Positions 50,704 to 64,000 of a stretch of 64,000 nt of DNA are shown here, piece after piece. Source of the DNA: Hydrolagus colliei. Taxonomy: Eukaryota. The stretch covers positions 13,702,001-13,766,000 of the forward strand of contig CM068749.1 of NCBI GenBank assembly GCA_035084275.1, read 5' to 3'. A program made the translations under genes and the position numbers. The notes under the pieces were generated by a model. It searched no databases, was not told the DNA's origin, and saw only the letters and a program-made list of their open reading frames with translations. Numbering within the stretch: position 1 is the first letter of the stretch; each line of letters opens with the position of its first letter.

Positions 50704-53700
50704 TACATTAGCTGAATACAAATTCTGGTGACATGAATAACATCAGTCTGGGTTGAAGGACCGGAAAACAAGCAATAATGAGCACAAAAATGCAAAGTAA
50801 AGAAAATTATTTCAAACCATCAATAGAAATACTTATATACTTGTATCTCAACTTATACATTTGCCTGATGACAGCTACTAACCATTTATTCAATACATGG
50901 AAAAGGTTCAATGCAAATTAAAGTGGCTTGAACTGTCATATGAATAGCTGTTAAATGCGCTTAGAGGGAAAAGCAAATTTATATTCGTTCATATGATGTT
51001 AAAGCTATTCCTCCAACACTTAGTTTGGCCCTCGGCATTCTTGTTTTCAACAAGAATGTATGAAAATGGAAGCATTTAAAGACAGAACTGGATAAACTGT
51101 CAGTAAATCTTCATAAAATCTTCCAAGGTTCCTTAACCAGAATAAAGAACCTTCCCTCATATATGCTGTGTACCACCAAACTTGCAGCTTTTTTTCCTGA
51201 CCTGCCATTATTACTCCCACAGGTCCATCAGCAACAGATGTGAATAATCACACATGGTTGCCCTATAAATCATCATGTGATTAAATTACAAAATCTATTG
51301 GTCGAGGTCTGGAGATGTAATAGAGGTGAAAGAGAAAAGCTGTTGAGACTGAATAGCTCTTACGACTCGGTGTTCATACAAACAGCATGGGATCTGTCAT
51401 TGAATTGGAATTGGCAAAGTCACATGGACTCTCACACTGGGTTGAAAAATGCCGCATTTATTTGGGGTTTTTTTGTGTCAAATTTTCTCTCCTTTTCTGC
51501 TGATGGTTCTGACCCGTGCTTGGGTTGATATGGTTGATAGCCATCCTCTAGTGCCTGACTCAAGTAGCAATACAACTACCACAACTTGCACCGATAAGGC
51601 TCTTAGATCAAATGCAAGGCTTATCATTATTATTGTTATCAACTGCAAACAAATAGTAATCCATGATTTGGTACAGCACCTATAATGGCATAGGTATCAA
51701 TAAAGAAACATTCAATACATAAACATTTATTTGGTTGGCTGACCAAAATGTTTAGAGTATGAGCTCAAAGTTCCCAACATTGAGCGAAGTTAAGTTTTTA
51801 ATGGTTCAAGAATTAAAATATTTGTTCAAATTGGCAATATTTTGCAAGATATTGATGAAGTAATTATACATCGGTTAAGAAGCTGTTACTAACAGCAACC
51901 AAACCATCTATGGCAGTGTTTTCTTTTAATTCACTGCGGTATCTTCAATGGCGCAATTGCCAAAGCATTTTTAAGGGCACCAATTTGTCACAGCCCTTCC
52001 TGTCAAATAGAAGTGTGTAATTTTGGACATGATCAGAGCGAATAACTAGCCATTGTTCGCAAATTCTGGAAAACATTAAATTACACTTTTATAGTTTTAC
52101 ATATCAAGCAAATATGCAATGTTGGTTCTCAATGTATTTTATATGTTTAAAATGAAATGAAAATAAGAATTGCTATCCACTTTTTTACATGGATGGTGTC
52201 CCTTTAAAGTGGGGTGACCTTACAAAGAAGCTTTAAAGCAGAAACTTTTTTAAACAAATTATTGAATTGCACCATGTTTGTTCTGCTATATTCTCACAAT
52301 GTGACACAAAAATGAAATAATAACACTGAGGTTAAAACTCAGAAAAATACACCAATCCCTGGGACAGATGCTGTAACAGTAGTCCCTTGTCTCAGTTAAA
52401 TTCTATCCATCCCTGAAGCCACTGAAACAATGCCAAATTGGGGACACTGAACAATTTCACAACAGCTCGATTTGTTTCCCTTTTAATTCCCTATCAAACC
52501 AATTTTGTGGTTTTGATTAGATTCTTTGTAGTGGGATTATATGTGCAATAATGTGGACCCAATGTGCATTACTCAGGGACACTTAATAACAAAACCATAT
52601 GTGTTCCATCATATATTAGCCGGTCTTGGATGGCAAGACATCTGCTTAATTATACCTCCATAGTGCCCAAGAGAAAGATAACTGTGTAAACCGAAAAATA
52701 GGTTTACATCATGAAAACATTTAAAATATATTAATTACCACACAGCATATGATTTGAAAATTCTAAAGTGGGAAGAATAACCCCTACTTGCTAGGAAATA
52801 TTCCGTTGTCACTTTGCAGCATTTTTGTTTGATGTAATTAGGAGCATTTACTGAGGTCTCCTCTCTTGTGCTGAGTTTATCATTAGGAAATATTTCTCAG
52901 GAGTGCTATTTGGAAAGTCATTTGCAGCGCAAAATGACTTTTGTTTCATCTTTGAAAGCAGGGCTGGCAGACAATTGGAGGAACAAATTCCACAGGTTGA
53001 TAGGACTCCCAGGCTTCTATCTGTACACAAATACATTGAGCAAATCTGTGTTCATGCATAAAATGCCCCATCTACACATTTGTGATGCTCAGCACAAAAT
53101 CATTGGAGGCACAATGTCAGACAAGCTCAGGAGCATAATCTAGGCATCTGCTGCCCCCATTGCATTGGAGACTGAGTCAAAATTAACAGGATTTAATCAT
53201 CTGGTTAGATGAGAGAAGCTAGGAATGTCTTTGCCTGTATGCCTGGAATTCAGAACCTTCTAGAAAAGAAAAAAGCCCTTGGATAATTAATAGTCACTTC
53301 ACTTGAGAGAAAAAAGTGACCAGAAAATTAAAGCATAGTATATTGAAGCATTTTGCAGCCGAGATGCTCCCTGCCACAAAGTACATTAGTATTATATCAT
53401 TGCCATCAGATAAACCCTGCTCCCTTGAAGAGATCTGCTAGAAAAGCAATCATATTGAAATCACTTACAGTCTATTCTACTGTAACAGTAATAAACGTGA
53501 ATATGTTATGTATTCTGCACAATGACTTTAATAGTAAACAAATGGATGGTAGAGCTTACTGGGTAATCAGACAGCGTTCAATTCATTGGTATAAGTGGAC
53601 ATTTGGAGAATAAACATCCTCAAGGCAATAAATATTGACATTGCCAGCATGCAATGAACCAGGTGAATATGGGGACTCAGACTTTTTTTTCATGCTTTAC

Positions 53701-54915
53701 TATCCCGCCTCACAACCAAACAGCCAAGGATGTCCGTACATAATTTGGGTTTTATTTTTAGAACTGTGTGAGGCTTTTTAAAATGCACATTTCCTGAGGT
53801 GCATCCAGGCAAACTGTTACCTGTGAAATTGTGCAGGAAGCAAATAATGACATACCTATGCCTTTCTGCACCAAAATCCAAAGGTGACCCACGGGGAATA
53901 GGTAGATACTCCACAATAATAATTACTTATATTTGACAACTTCTGTTTTTCCAATATGTTCTCATTCACTGAGGGCTTTAACACAAAGTCGGAGCTGGAG
54001 TAAATAACCCAAAGTTAGACTTCTCTTTCCATCTGTGCAGATTTGTTGGTCTTCATCCTGAGAAGCTTCAACAATGACCTAACAAGCTCAACTGTACTTC
54101 TTGACAGAAATTGGCTGGCCACTTTGACAAATGTTTTTGAGCCTCGGTGGAATAAGATCACAGAGGGAACTAATTTGTTTCCGTTCATGAATGAGCCTGC
54201 TCACCAGTTACTGAAATCCACTGGTTCACTAACTACAGTGAAGTGAGCAGAAAAAAATGTAATTAGAATGAAAAAGGGTATTATGAGAAATTCGGTCAGG
54301 AGATGTTCATTAGTATTTTGCTCAACATCGGCATTAGCTGCAAATGCAATCTTATTTGGTTGGAATAATTCATTTTCATATTTTGTCATATTAGAATTAA
54401 TTTGATATGCATAGTTAGATCATGTTATTGCTTTATAATTTGCTTAGTTTAGTTCATGATAAAATATTATTTTTAAAATAAGTTTAGAATGTAAAGTAGA
54501 GCAGTATATCTGATCTTCGGATTTCTTGGTTGCAACCTGATAGAAAGGATAGGAGTAAGTAATATTAGAATTTAAAAAAAAAATCTTAAAATGCACAGCA
54601 TTTTGAATTAATTGGAAAACAGATGTGTGGATATTCATACAGTCATGGGTAAAGCAATTTGATAACAACAATCACAACAACTACAATATTAGACTTGTAT
54701 AGGTTGGGAGGACATCGCAAAGCCCTGAATAGAATGATGCATAGGTACAACATCTGTCTAGAACTGTGGATATATCAGGCAAACTTCCCACTTTTACCCC
54801 AAATGGTATCTTAACCTCTCATAAGAGGCTGCTCAACCGAACCAAAATGGCACAAAACAGTACTGATCCAGTCAGCTTCCTCATTCTGTTATACTTTCCA
54901 GCCCTATTGTGCTAT

Positions 54916-55395
54916 ACAACAACAACAACAACGTGTATTTATATAGCGCCCTCCATGCCAGACGCTGTCTAAGAGTGGAGCCCGGGGCCGAACCAGGAGG
55001 AGGGGGAAGGTGACCATGAGCGCAGTCGAACAGAAAGGTCTTCAGGAAAATGCAAAAGGGGTGTGGTGAAGGGATTGAGGGAGGGAATTCCAGAATTTCG
55101 GGGTGTAGTGGAGGATTAGGGGGACAAGGAGGAGGTGGATGGGTGGGTGGGGGTGCAGAGGAGTGGAGGCATTTAAATACAAGATTGAGGATCTTGAAGT
55201 TGATCCACTCTGAGAGAAGGAGCCAGTGAAGTCTGGCAAGGACTGGGATAATCAGGGAGTGAAGTTTGGTTCAGGTGAGAATGCGGGCGTTCAATATGAG
55301 CTGGATTTTATGAATGATGGCAGAGGGCAGATTGGCAAGGTGGGCATTGGAGTAGTCCAGCTGAGAGGTGATAGGCATGGACCAGGGTTTTGGCA
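54916..55395 (-). mobile_element. Degenerate L2 LINE 3' fragment
   Basis: (CAA)n tail and ATTTATATAGCGCCCTCC; reverse strand encodes pieces such as FWNSLPQSL and carries ATCAACTTCAAGATCCTC. Confidence 0.8.
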
Positions 55396-55937
55396 GCTTT
55401 TGTATACCTAACTTAAGGTAACTGTATACCTTACTTCCCACTCCAATCTTCCCATTTGTGATAGCACAAACTCTAACTCAATATGCCAACCCTTTCCCAC
55501 TCATTGGAAAAGCATAAAATAGCAATGTTAATATGTTTATTAAAAAGCTATATCTATTTCCTTTGAAAGGCTAATCTCCCCTTATCATACTCACTACCAC
55601 TTCGGGATGTGGTCTTGCTAATTAGCAGTGCAAATCATTATTAGGAAGGTTAGAGTCAATTTAAATTAAACCAAATTAAAGGGGGGAAGATGACATTAAC
55701 AGGAGCAAAGCTATTCTAAGCTGCAAAATGGAATAAGAACAACCCTGTCCAATTAAACCATGAAGTCTACAACTTTTCTGCAAAATTTAGGATTTGCGAC
55801 GATACATTTTAAAAGCTACCAGAGTTAAACCATATGTGTATCAAAGGTAATTGTAAATCTAGAGGCAATGAACCTCAAGTATACCATTTGTTTTGCGCCA
55901 AACCATAGAAAAACGTAAGAAGGAAACACACAACTGT

Positions 55938-56068
55938 TAGTGGGTCACTGCTGTGTGCAATTGGCTGCTTCGTTTTGCCCACAAAGTGTACAATCTATTC
56001 ACTTTATAGTGTATTCTATGAAGTATTTTGAGATGTCTCATAGACATGCTAGATGTAAGCCTTATTAT
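55938..56068 (+). mobile_element. SINE 3' fragment, 15328 family
   Basis: CACTGCTGTGTGCAATTGGCTGC..TTCACTTTATAGTGTATTCTATGAAG. Confidence 0.7.
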
Positions 56069-57109
56069 ATGGATCAGAGGTACTAACTCTCTAGAATTAA
56101 TGAGCAGAAAAATTGGCATTTTCTCATCTACACATTACAGCACTTAACACCACATTGTACTTTTTTTTAAAAGAAGTAGCTTTCTCTTTTTAATGGGTAA
56201 ATCACTGCCCAGAATGGTACTGAATAACAGTCAACTTAAAGGCCCGTGCTTGATTTATTTTGTTTTAGGTAGAATTGGATTCTGTATCTCTGGGCTGGCA
56301 AGGGACAATCAACAATAACAAACTGTATTGGTATAGCGTCTTTCACATCAGGGGGATGCCCCAAGGCGTTGGATACCCAAGCTGGGGTTTGGAGTCAAGA
56401 GGGGTAGAGGGCAGAATGAGCGGGCAGGTTGTTAAGGTTTTAGTAGGTCACAGGGATAAGGAGGAGCCAGACTGTGAAGGGTTTTAAGAGTTAGGACAAG
56501 GATCTTAAACTTGGAAAAAAATTCAGACAAGAAGATTTTGAGAAAATGGTAACATTCAGATATCACACATCAGGCATCATCTATCTGGGTCATACTTTCT
56601 CATTACTATATTCTTAGGTTTTAAAATGATTCAAATAGCTATGCAAGGTTTAAAGAGGGAGTCATGACTTTGAGGAGATTCATTAATTTGCTGGACCCTT
56701 GTTAGGGGATAACCAAAGATCATGTGTTATGCAAATGAGGCTTGGATAAAAGCGGAGATTCTTTGCTCCATTTTCATTCAGCAATTACGTGAGTCAATCT
56801 CTCCCAAAACATAATTGCGATTCATCTAGATAGAAATGAGACTCTGATGACCTCCCTTACATCAGGGGCCTTGTTTCAATTCAAATGATAAAACTTTCCA
56901 CCACAAAAAAGCTAAATTCTATTTCTAATTTTCCACAAATGTTCCATGTACTCACTTAGAATGCGACATTAAGACCCATCAACAGACATTAATACTTAAC
57001 ACTACTCGAATTGCACAGGTGATGTTCCTTGGATCCAGTATAAGCTGCTCTACTGATAATTTCTCACAGCAAGCTGAATTATTGCATTTGACTTTTCTTG
57101 ACTTAAAAT

Positions 57110-57376
57110 TGGTCTCTAGCAAGCAAGAAACCCAACAGGGTAAAACCTTGGGCAAGTTTTCTTACTCCACATGCCTGATAATAATCCGTGAAGAATAAAA
57201 GAAAATAAAAATTGATCACTTCAATCCACGACTGTTTGTGGGACACTGTTGTGTGCATTTGGCTGCTACATTTTATGCATGAATGTACAGTCAATTCACT
57301 TTGCAGTATATTCTGTGAAGTGCTTTGAGACGTCTAGAAGATTGAAATACACTATATCAAATCCAGGGATTATTCT
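57110..57376 (+). mobile_element. SINE, 15328 family
   Basis: TTGGGCAAGTTTTCTTACTCCACATGCCT..GACTGTTTGTGGGACACTG..CACTATATCAAATCCAGGGATTATT. Confidence 0.8.
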
Positions 57377-59344
57377 TAGACCTCATCTGAAATCCCTTTA
57401 TGACCTTGGACCCGTTCATCCAGCTTCTTATTTGACTGCAGACATTTCCACTAAAGTTTGTTAAAATTTTCTCACCTAGTATGTTTTATTTACAGTACTA
57501 AGATTATGCTAGTTCCCACAGACCTTGGAGGTAAAATTAGCAGCATTCTAAAATTATGTTATCATGTGATAATTATCACATTGAATGTGTTATGAAGCAC
57601 CAATGAATAATCTGATATTGTTAGCCAACTACGAACATACTTATGAGACTCCTTTCACATTAGAACTCCCATATTCAGCTTCTTGTCTTACAGAAAGATA
57701 ACTTCTTACACTGTGCTCCATCTCATAATTCTCTGTGCATATTTGCCTTATGCATTTTATATCAACCAATCCTTTTGTTTGTGTGTGCATTCGTAAAATG
57801 CCTGAGGAACTCTAATGTTATCAACTTTTTGTACACTGTATATCATAATTGAGTTGATACGTATCATTACTTCTGCATTTTCAATTGACGAGTGACAGTA
57901 AAAACAAAATGAAAATAACTTGCAAAAACACGTTTGGTTTTCTTTGGGAGAAAATACATAAATATACACAAAATATATAGGTCATTTTTGCTGTAGCTGT
58001 TTCTTTAGCTTTGAAGAGATTACAACTGTGTTGTGATGCCCATCTAAAGGAAACTAAAGATTTAAGGGTTGATATACTTTGAGGCATATGATAGCTGAAC
58101 ATATATTTGTGCTTGAGGTACAGGTTTTATAACTTGTGATTCATTTCTGATGTCCTATTTCATTGGCTCCATCCACTTTGCCTTGAGATATTCTTTAGTT
58201 CCGAGATATTGTATAAGATTTGATTTTTCACTGTAAAATGTTTCCAAATTAGCACCAAGTTCATTTTCTACAGAATACAAAGAAAGTACGGAAGCAGAGA
58301 ATGTGGAGATGGCTGAGACAGTGCAGCATAACTGAGCAACACACAACCTGCAAAAGCAGCATGTCCTTAAATATACCCATATAACCTTGGATCCTACAGG
58401 GGAAATTTGTGCTTTTGGCACAATCTTCTAGTCCTTAAGGGAATCCCTGCTCTAGAAATTCTGCGTTGGTGCCAAATGCAGTCCGTACTTCGACTGAAAT
58501 GTTAAATTGTGGTCCAGCCTGCCCGTTCAGGTGGATACTAACGGAGAATCATCCCCAGTGTTTTAGATGTAGCGGGTAGCAGAACAACAGACCACATGTT
58601 TAGTGTTGCAAGTGCTTGTCAGTCACATGATAAAATGACTTGTCACTGAAGCATTTGTCACATATTAAAGGATAAAAAATGTTTACGACTAAACCTGGGA
58701 CACCATTGTCCCTTTACAAACTCCTCACATTCTGTACCAAAGTGCCCTCTTTGAGTTGAACTAAAATGCTTAGAGAAAGACAAAAGAAAATGATAAAATC
58801 AGCTTCATGACAGTGAACCAATTTCAGCGCATAATGTCTTGAAATATGGAACACTGCAGAAAATGTTTCAAGTCTGACTGGCAACAGAATGTAGCCCCAT
58901 GTCAGACTGGTTCCTTTGCCACTTGTGTCAATTGACATCCAGTCTTTTCTATGGATGCATCACAAAATATTGATCTGGCAAGAGAAAAAGACAAAAAATA
59001 CATACACCAAGATCAATTTGATTTTCTTTCAAGTGGATGATTTGTCTGCTGCAGTGTTTTCATCTGTGAGTGGGATTTCCTCTCAAGTTTCACAACTCCC
59101 AAAGCAATCAATAATCCATAACCACAACTAATTTTAAAAATTCTCATTCGAGTGCCTTTTGATGTCTCGTAATGTTTTTGTTAACATGGAGTCGCAAAAT
59201 AATGTCAACAAGTAAACTCCACTCTCATAACCTTGCCCTTTGTGATCCAAGCATTTTTCATCTTACAACAAGGTGTGGATTATTGTGAAAGCCTTAGAAC
59301 ACAAATAATAAATAACACTAACTTCTTAGAGTGCAGAACAAGTG

Positions 59345-59650
59345 TGAGGTTGGTTCAGTTGGTACATTCTTGTTGCTAGGTCACAACTTTGTGGGTTCAA
59401 ACCCCACATTGGGACTTTGAGCTCACAGTGTAGGCTGACACAACAGTGCATTAAAGATCCCATGTCACTCAGTGTCCAAGCCAGCAAATCTCCAAATAAA
59501 TTGGTTGTTGATTGTATGGTTGTTTGTGTTATGCCGCTGTATGCAAATTGGTTGTTTTGTAAGTCTCCAAAAACACTTTACAGCTAATACTTATCAATCA
59601 CTTTGAGTTTTTTTCATGTTATAAGCACTATATCAAATCAAGGCTTATGA
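59345..59650 (+). mobile_element. Old tRNA-headed SINE (Deu-like), degenerate
   Basis: TTGGTTCAGTTGGTA..GTGGGTTCAAACCCCAC..TAGGCTGACAC..TTAAAGATCCCATGTCACT..GCACTATATCAAAT. Confidence 0.6.
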
Positions 59651-62600
59651 TCACGGTACTATATTCTCTTGTATTACTGTACTGTAATGTCGACCATCTC
59701 ATAATGAAGGTAAGTTATGTGTGCATGAATTTGGTCCACAATCTAACAATTACCAGGAATATTTCATTTTAGATAAAATTTATACAAACTTCAATTAACT
59801 TGAATCTACTGAAAAGAGTGAATTTTTAAAACGTAAATTGAATTATGAAATAGTGAAATTTTTCAGTTTTGAAAATGCATATTTTTAATCAGGTAGAAGA
59901 TATATTCTAATATCAGCTGTTTATTCAAGACATGATATTATGTTTCTACTCATTTACATTGAACCAGATTTTCAAGCCATTGTGGTTCATGGGTTTAGAA
60001 CTTTCCATGCAGTAAAAACACAATTTTGAAGCTAAGTTTATAGTGTAGCAGACAATATTTTACACCTTCTAGGGCTCAGCCATTTAAATGTTCATCTGAT
60101 GGAATTCATATTGTACATAAATTGAAGGATACAGTTTTGTAAGTCTCCTAAACTTTGTCAGATACAAATGAATCACATTGCACAAATGCAGCCCTCCATA
60201 AATTGTGTTGTCTGTTGTTCGTGTGCTGTGGAGTGAAATATCAGTTTGTGCTGTTATTACATTGCATCACAATTTACTATGTCCCTGCCTCTTTTTTTTT
60301 AGTAAGTTTGTTGATTTCTCCCATCAACTCCCACACCTATTGCCATTATCCTGTCTCAGCTACTGTTTGACTGGACAGAGTCTGATTAACCGGAATGGTT
60401 GGCAATGGTTTGACAAATTATTAAATGTTGTAATACAATTTGCAAGAATGACTCCTAAAACTTTGCTGTGTGTATGTGTACTAAATACATATACCATTTG
60501 CACAACAATAAAATAGTCTGATGAGGTTTTTATGACAGTGATTGATTGTCAGTATCCATTGTCATTTGGAGCTTTATTGTTACATTCCGGCTTACTTAAC
60601 TCTCAATGTTCACATCTTAAAATTAATCCATCAAGCTACCCTCAGCAAACCTCCTGGTAGTCCATTCCTGACATTAATTGCTCTGTTTGAGAAATATAAA
60701 GGCCTCAAAAAGGTCCACTTTTGAGATATGACAATACTACTTTGCATACATTGGTACCTTAGCTGTTTAAGAAAAGGTGTTGGATAGCCTGAGGGCATTG
60801 AACAATTCGTCTGGCAAGTAACCTTGTAATTAAAACATGAATGGAGGGGCCATTTTCAGCATATCTGCAAAGAAGCACCAAAGGGATTCTGATAAGGTGT
60901 TTGCTCTGCTGAGTGATGCTCTGAATGTATTTCCTGTTAATATTATACTGAAGGAACCCACCAGCCATCAATCAGCTTTTCAATAAAGAATCTGAGCCAG
61001 ATGGACCTATAATTATGACATCCAGGCGCTAGAGTTTAGGGATACATTGACTGATTGAAATACATCATTTGTCTTTTCTGCCGATAGAATGGATGTTTGT
61101 AGAATATTTGAACCATACACTTCACATCAATCTCAAGGTTTTCCTGACAAACAATTTGAATGTTCTTGGCACACTGTATTTGAATGCACTTTTCTATAAT
61201 GCTCTTGAATAGATTCACATTTTGTTTCCCTTCACCAATGCACACCCGTCTATGAATTATTGCCACCAGTTGGGAATGACAAACAGGCAGGACATAGACA
61301 GACAGTTGCACGGCTTCTGACCCAACACTACTTCATGGTTTAGTTGACAGAAGATATACTTGTCGTGAAACAAGACAAATGGAAAGGCAAGTTTTCCCTG
61401 AGGCAGGATACTACATTTAATAACCCAGATGAAATCTGGCAAAATATATCACGCTGACGGTTGGGAAATATGAGAGCCAACCAGTAGTGGGAGTTCAATC
61501 TGAAAGCATTGTGGTTTGAAGCATGCAACTTGCCAGCTCTATCACTGAATCCCTTCTTACAGCTGTCTTTTATTGTGAACTCCTGACTGTGATGTGTTCA
61601 TACATTGGATTTATTGTTAACAATTCCACCACACTAAGAAACATAAATTAAACCTTGCCCCATAGTCCAGGGATAGAGAAGCAATATGCTTGCTGCTTTA
61701 GGTCATTTGGTCTATACTAATGCCCAGGGAGGGAAGGTGTTTTAATATAAGCATCATATATTATGGAAGCCGTTCATGCAATCCTGGAGGGTGAGCTGTA
61801 CAACTTATTAATCCTTGTTATTTCAGCAAATCCACCAAACATTTGACATTTATTTCATTTTCAACGTTATAAGTGTTGCTGTCTTGGATTTATATTGTTT
61901 TGTGAGGCTTTTATGTGACTAAACACCAAGTCATTATCCCCAGCTAAAATACCTGCTATTTGCAAGCTAAAATCCCAAAGTTAATTTGGAGATTATTAAG
62001 TAAAGAAGTTAGTTGCCCAATAAAGAACAATCCTGTAAATTGCTGTCAAATCATATTGCAATTCAATCAGTTGCTTTGTTATAGTCAATTTTTACAGCAT
62101 CGAGTGCTCGATTAGGAGGTTAATGATTTAGCAAGTGCAAGATAATCAGCATTATTGGGCCAGTAACTGGCTGAAACATTCAACCCAAGATAACAGATGC
62201 AGAGAGACAGGATACAATTGGTACGAAAATAAAAGCATTTACTTGTATACTGTTTAAGGGTTGAAGAAACAATAAATCATACTTTAAATCTGGACATTTT
62301 TAGAATGTCTAATTTATGAACTCCTAAACCGAAAATGAAAAATTCTGGTATTAATTATAATAGATGTGTACAATTTTTCATAAGCATGACTTTTTGGGGT
62401 TGAATAAAATTGCAACTTGGAAAATGAATGAAAAGGACACTTTGAAAATAATGTAAAAAGTATGTTTCACCTCCCATTCCTCGATCATCTATTGCCTACT
62501 TTTATTTACCGACACCATCAGAACGGTGGATTTTACTGTTCAATATTTCTCGGGTAATGAAGTGTTGTTACATTAGAACAATGCAGTTTCTTTCACACCT

Positions 62601-64000
62601 AACGTTTTCAGAGAACCAAATCAAAAACGCACTAAAGCAGATTTCAACCCTGGTTGGAGATTGGTAGGTTCATAACAGAGAAATTAGTTTTTGCTCCACA
62701 AAAGGTTCATTCAGACAAATACATCTGAAGGATGGGTAGATTAGATGGATGCTAAAGACCCATTATACTGGTTGAAAATGGAAGGAAGTTTGTCCGAATG
62801 TTCTGGCCAACAATCCTCTGCATAAACTGGTCATTCTCTTTATGGTTATTTGTGGGACATTATTGTGGGCAATTTGGTAATTAGATTTGACAGAAATTAA
62901 ACATGAAGCTCATTCAATTTTTTTTCGTCTAAGCATCTATTTGAATGCACAGATTGTTTTTGTCAGGGAGGAATATTTTGCAGAAAATATATTTTATATT
63001 TACAGAAACAATTATTGATATGAAGTTTACTGGTTGATAAGGACTTTGAGGAATATGTACCAACAAGTCTCTGAAATATGTAAGGAATTGTAGTGATAGT
63101 TCTTATTTTCTGTTTAATTGCATTCTGTATTGAACACTTAGTAGGTGGTGACGTTTTTATAATTGGCTGCAAATATAAATATTTTAATCTATAATCTCCT
63201 GGGTCATGATCCACACAATTTGCATATTAAACCCCAAATTCTCCTTCTAAGAGTGTTGGTAGCATGGGAATAAAAATAACAAAAGGGTTCACCTGTAGGC
63301 ACGTCTGGAATGCAGTGAAAGTGAAGACACTGAATGATCTACACTGGATTGGACAAGAGAGTTCACTTATACAATCAGGTCACGTGAGAGAATTTTGCAT
63401 GGGATCTGTACTTTGAAAAACCGTGGTATTTACTAAATTGTGCCCTTAGTCTAATAAGCAAAGGAAAAAAACATAATTTATAACTGTCAAAGGCCTATTG
63501 CTAGTAAGCAAGAAATTTCCATTGATATTTGAGCCTCAGTGTATCCGCTGATCTCTAACCTATCAAAGGAAAGGCAGTTGCAGATTAGATTTTTTTCTCA
63601 GGATGTGCGGATTCAGGTGTCAGCCATTGAATTTGAGTCAACCATCAAATCTGCCTTTCCATTTTGGAAGGCAGCTGCTTTGAAATATCCTTTGATCATT
63701 TTTTGTTTGATATTACAAGTCGGGCTATTTTCATTAATACTATTGCAGCTGTGCACCATCCCATTGTACCAGTTACTAGCCTGAGTAGCAACAAGTAGGA
63801 CTGTGAATGATCTGAGCATGCTTTATTCATCTCCATATACAGTACCTAAGGCAAGGGTACCTGATCACAATGATGATAAAGATATTAGATAATAAAACAT
63901 GGATAGACTTCTACTATTGTTTAACATGATCAAATTATACATCCACAAAATATACAGTCATTTCACCTTACCATATATACTGTACTGTAAAGTATTTTAA

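Overview
AT-rich vertebrate genomic DNA, probably a cartilaginous fish such as elephant shark (inferred only from the mix of L2, CR1, tRNA/Deu-type SINEs and Tigger-like MITEs). The whole window lies inside one minus-strand gene, netrin-G1 (NTNG1); its 5' exons and last exons are outside the window. Six coding exons splice in frame: the laminin N-terminal exon (49155-49798), LE1 (37920-38092), a 27-nt micro-exon supplying the last Cys of LE1 (22643-22669), two 66-nt cassette exons (14015-14080, 8712-8777) and LE2 (2812-2979). The three small exons are absent from the ORF track and were found by reading splice signals. The most notable result is that the two 66-nt exons are diverged duplicates of each other. 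The rest is intron with retroelement fragments, MITEs, two diverged local duplications and several hairpins. I found no wholly new system, RNA gene or CRISPR array. Comparisons with human netrin-G proteins are from memory, not a database search, and repeat boundaries are approximate.
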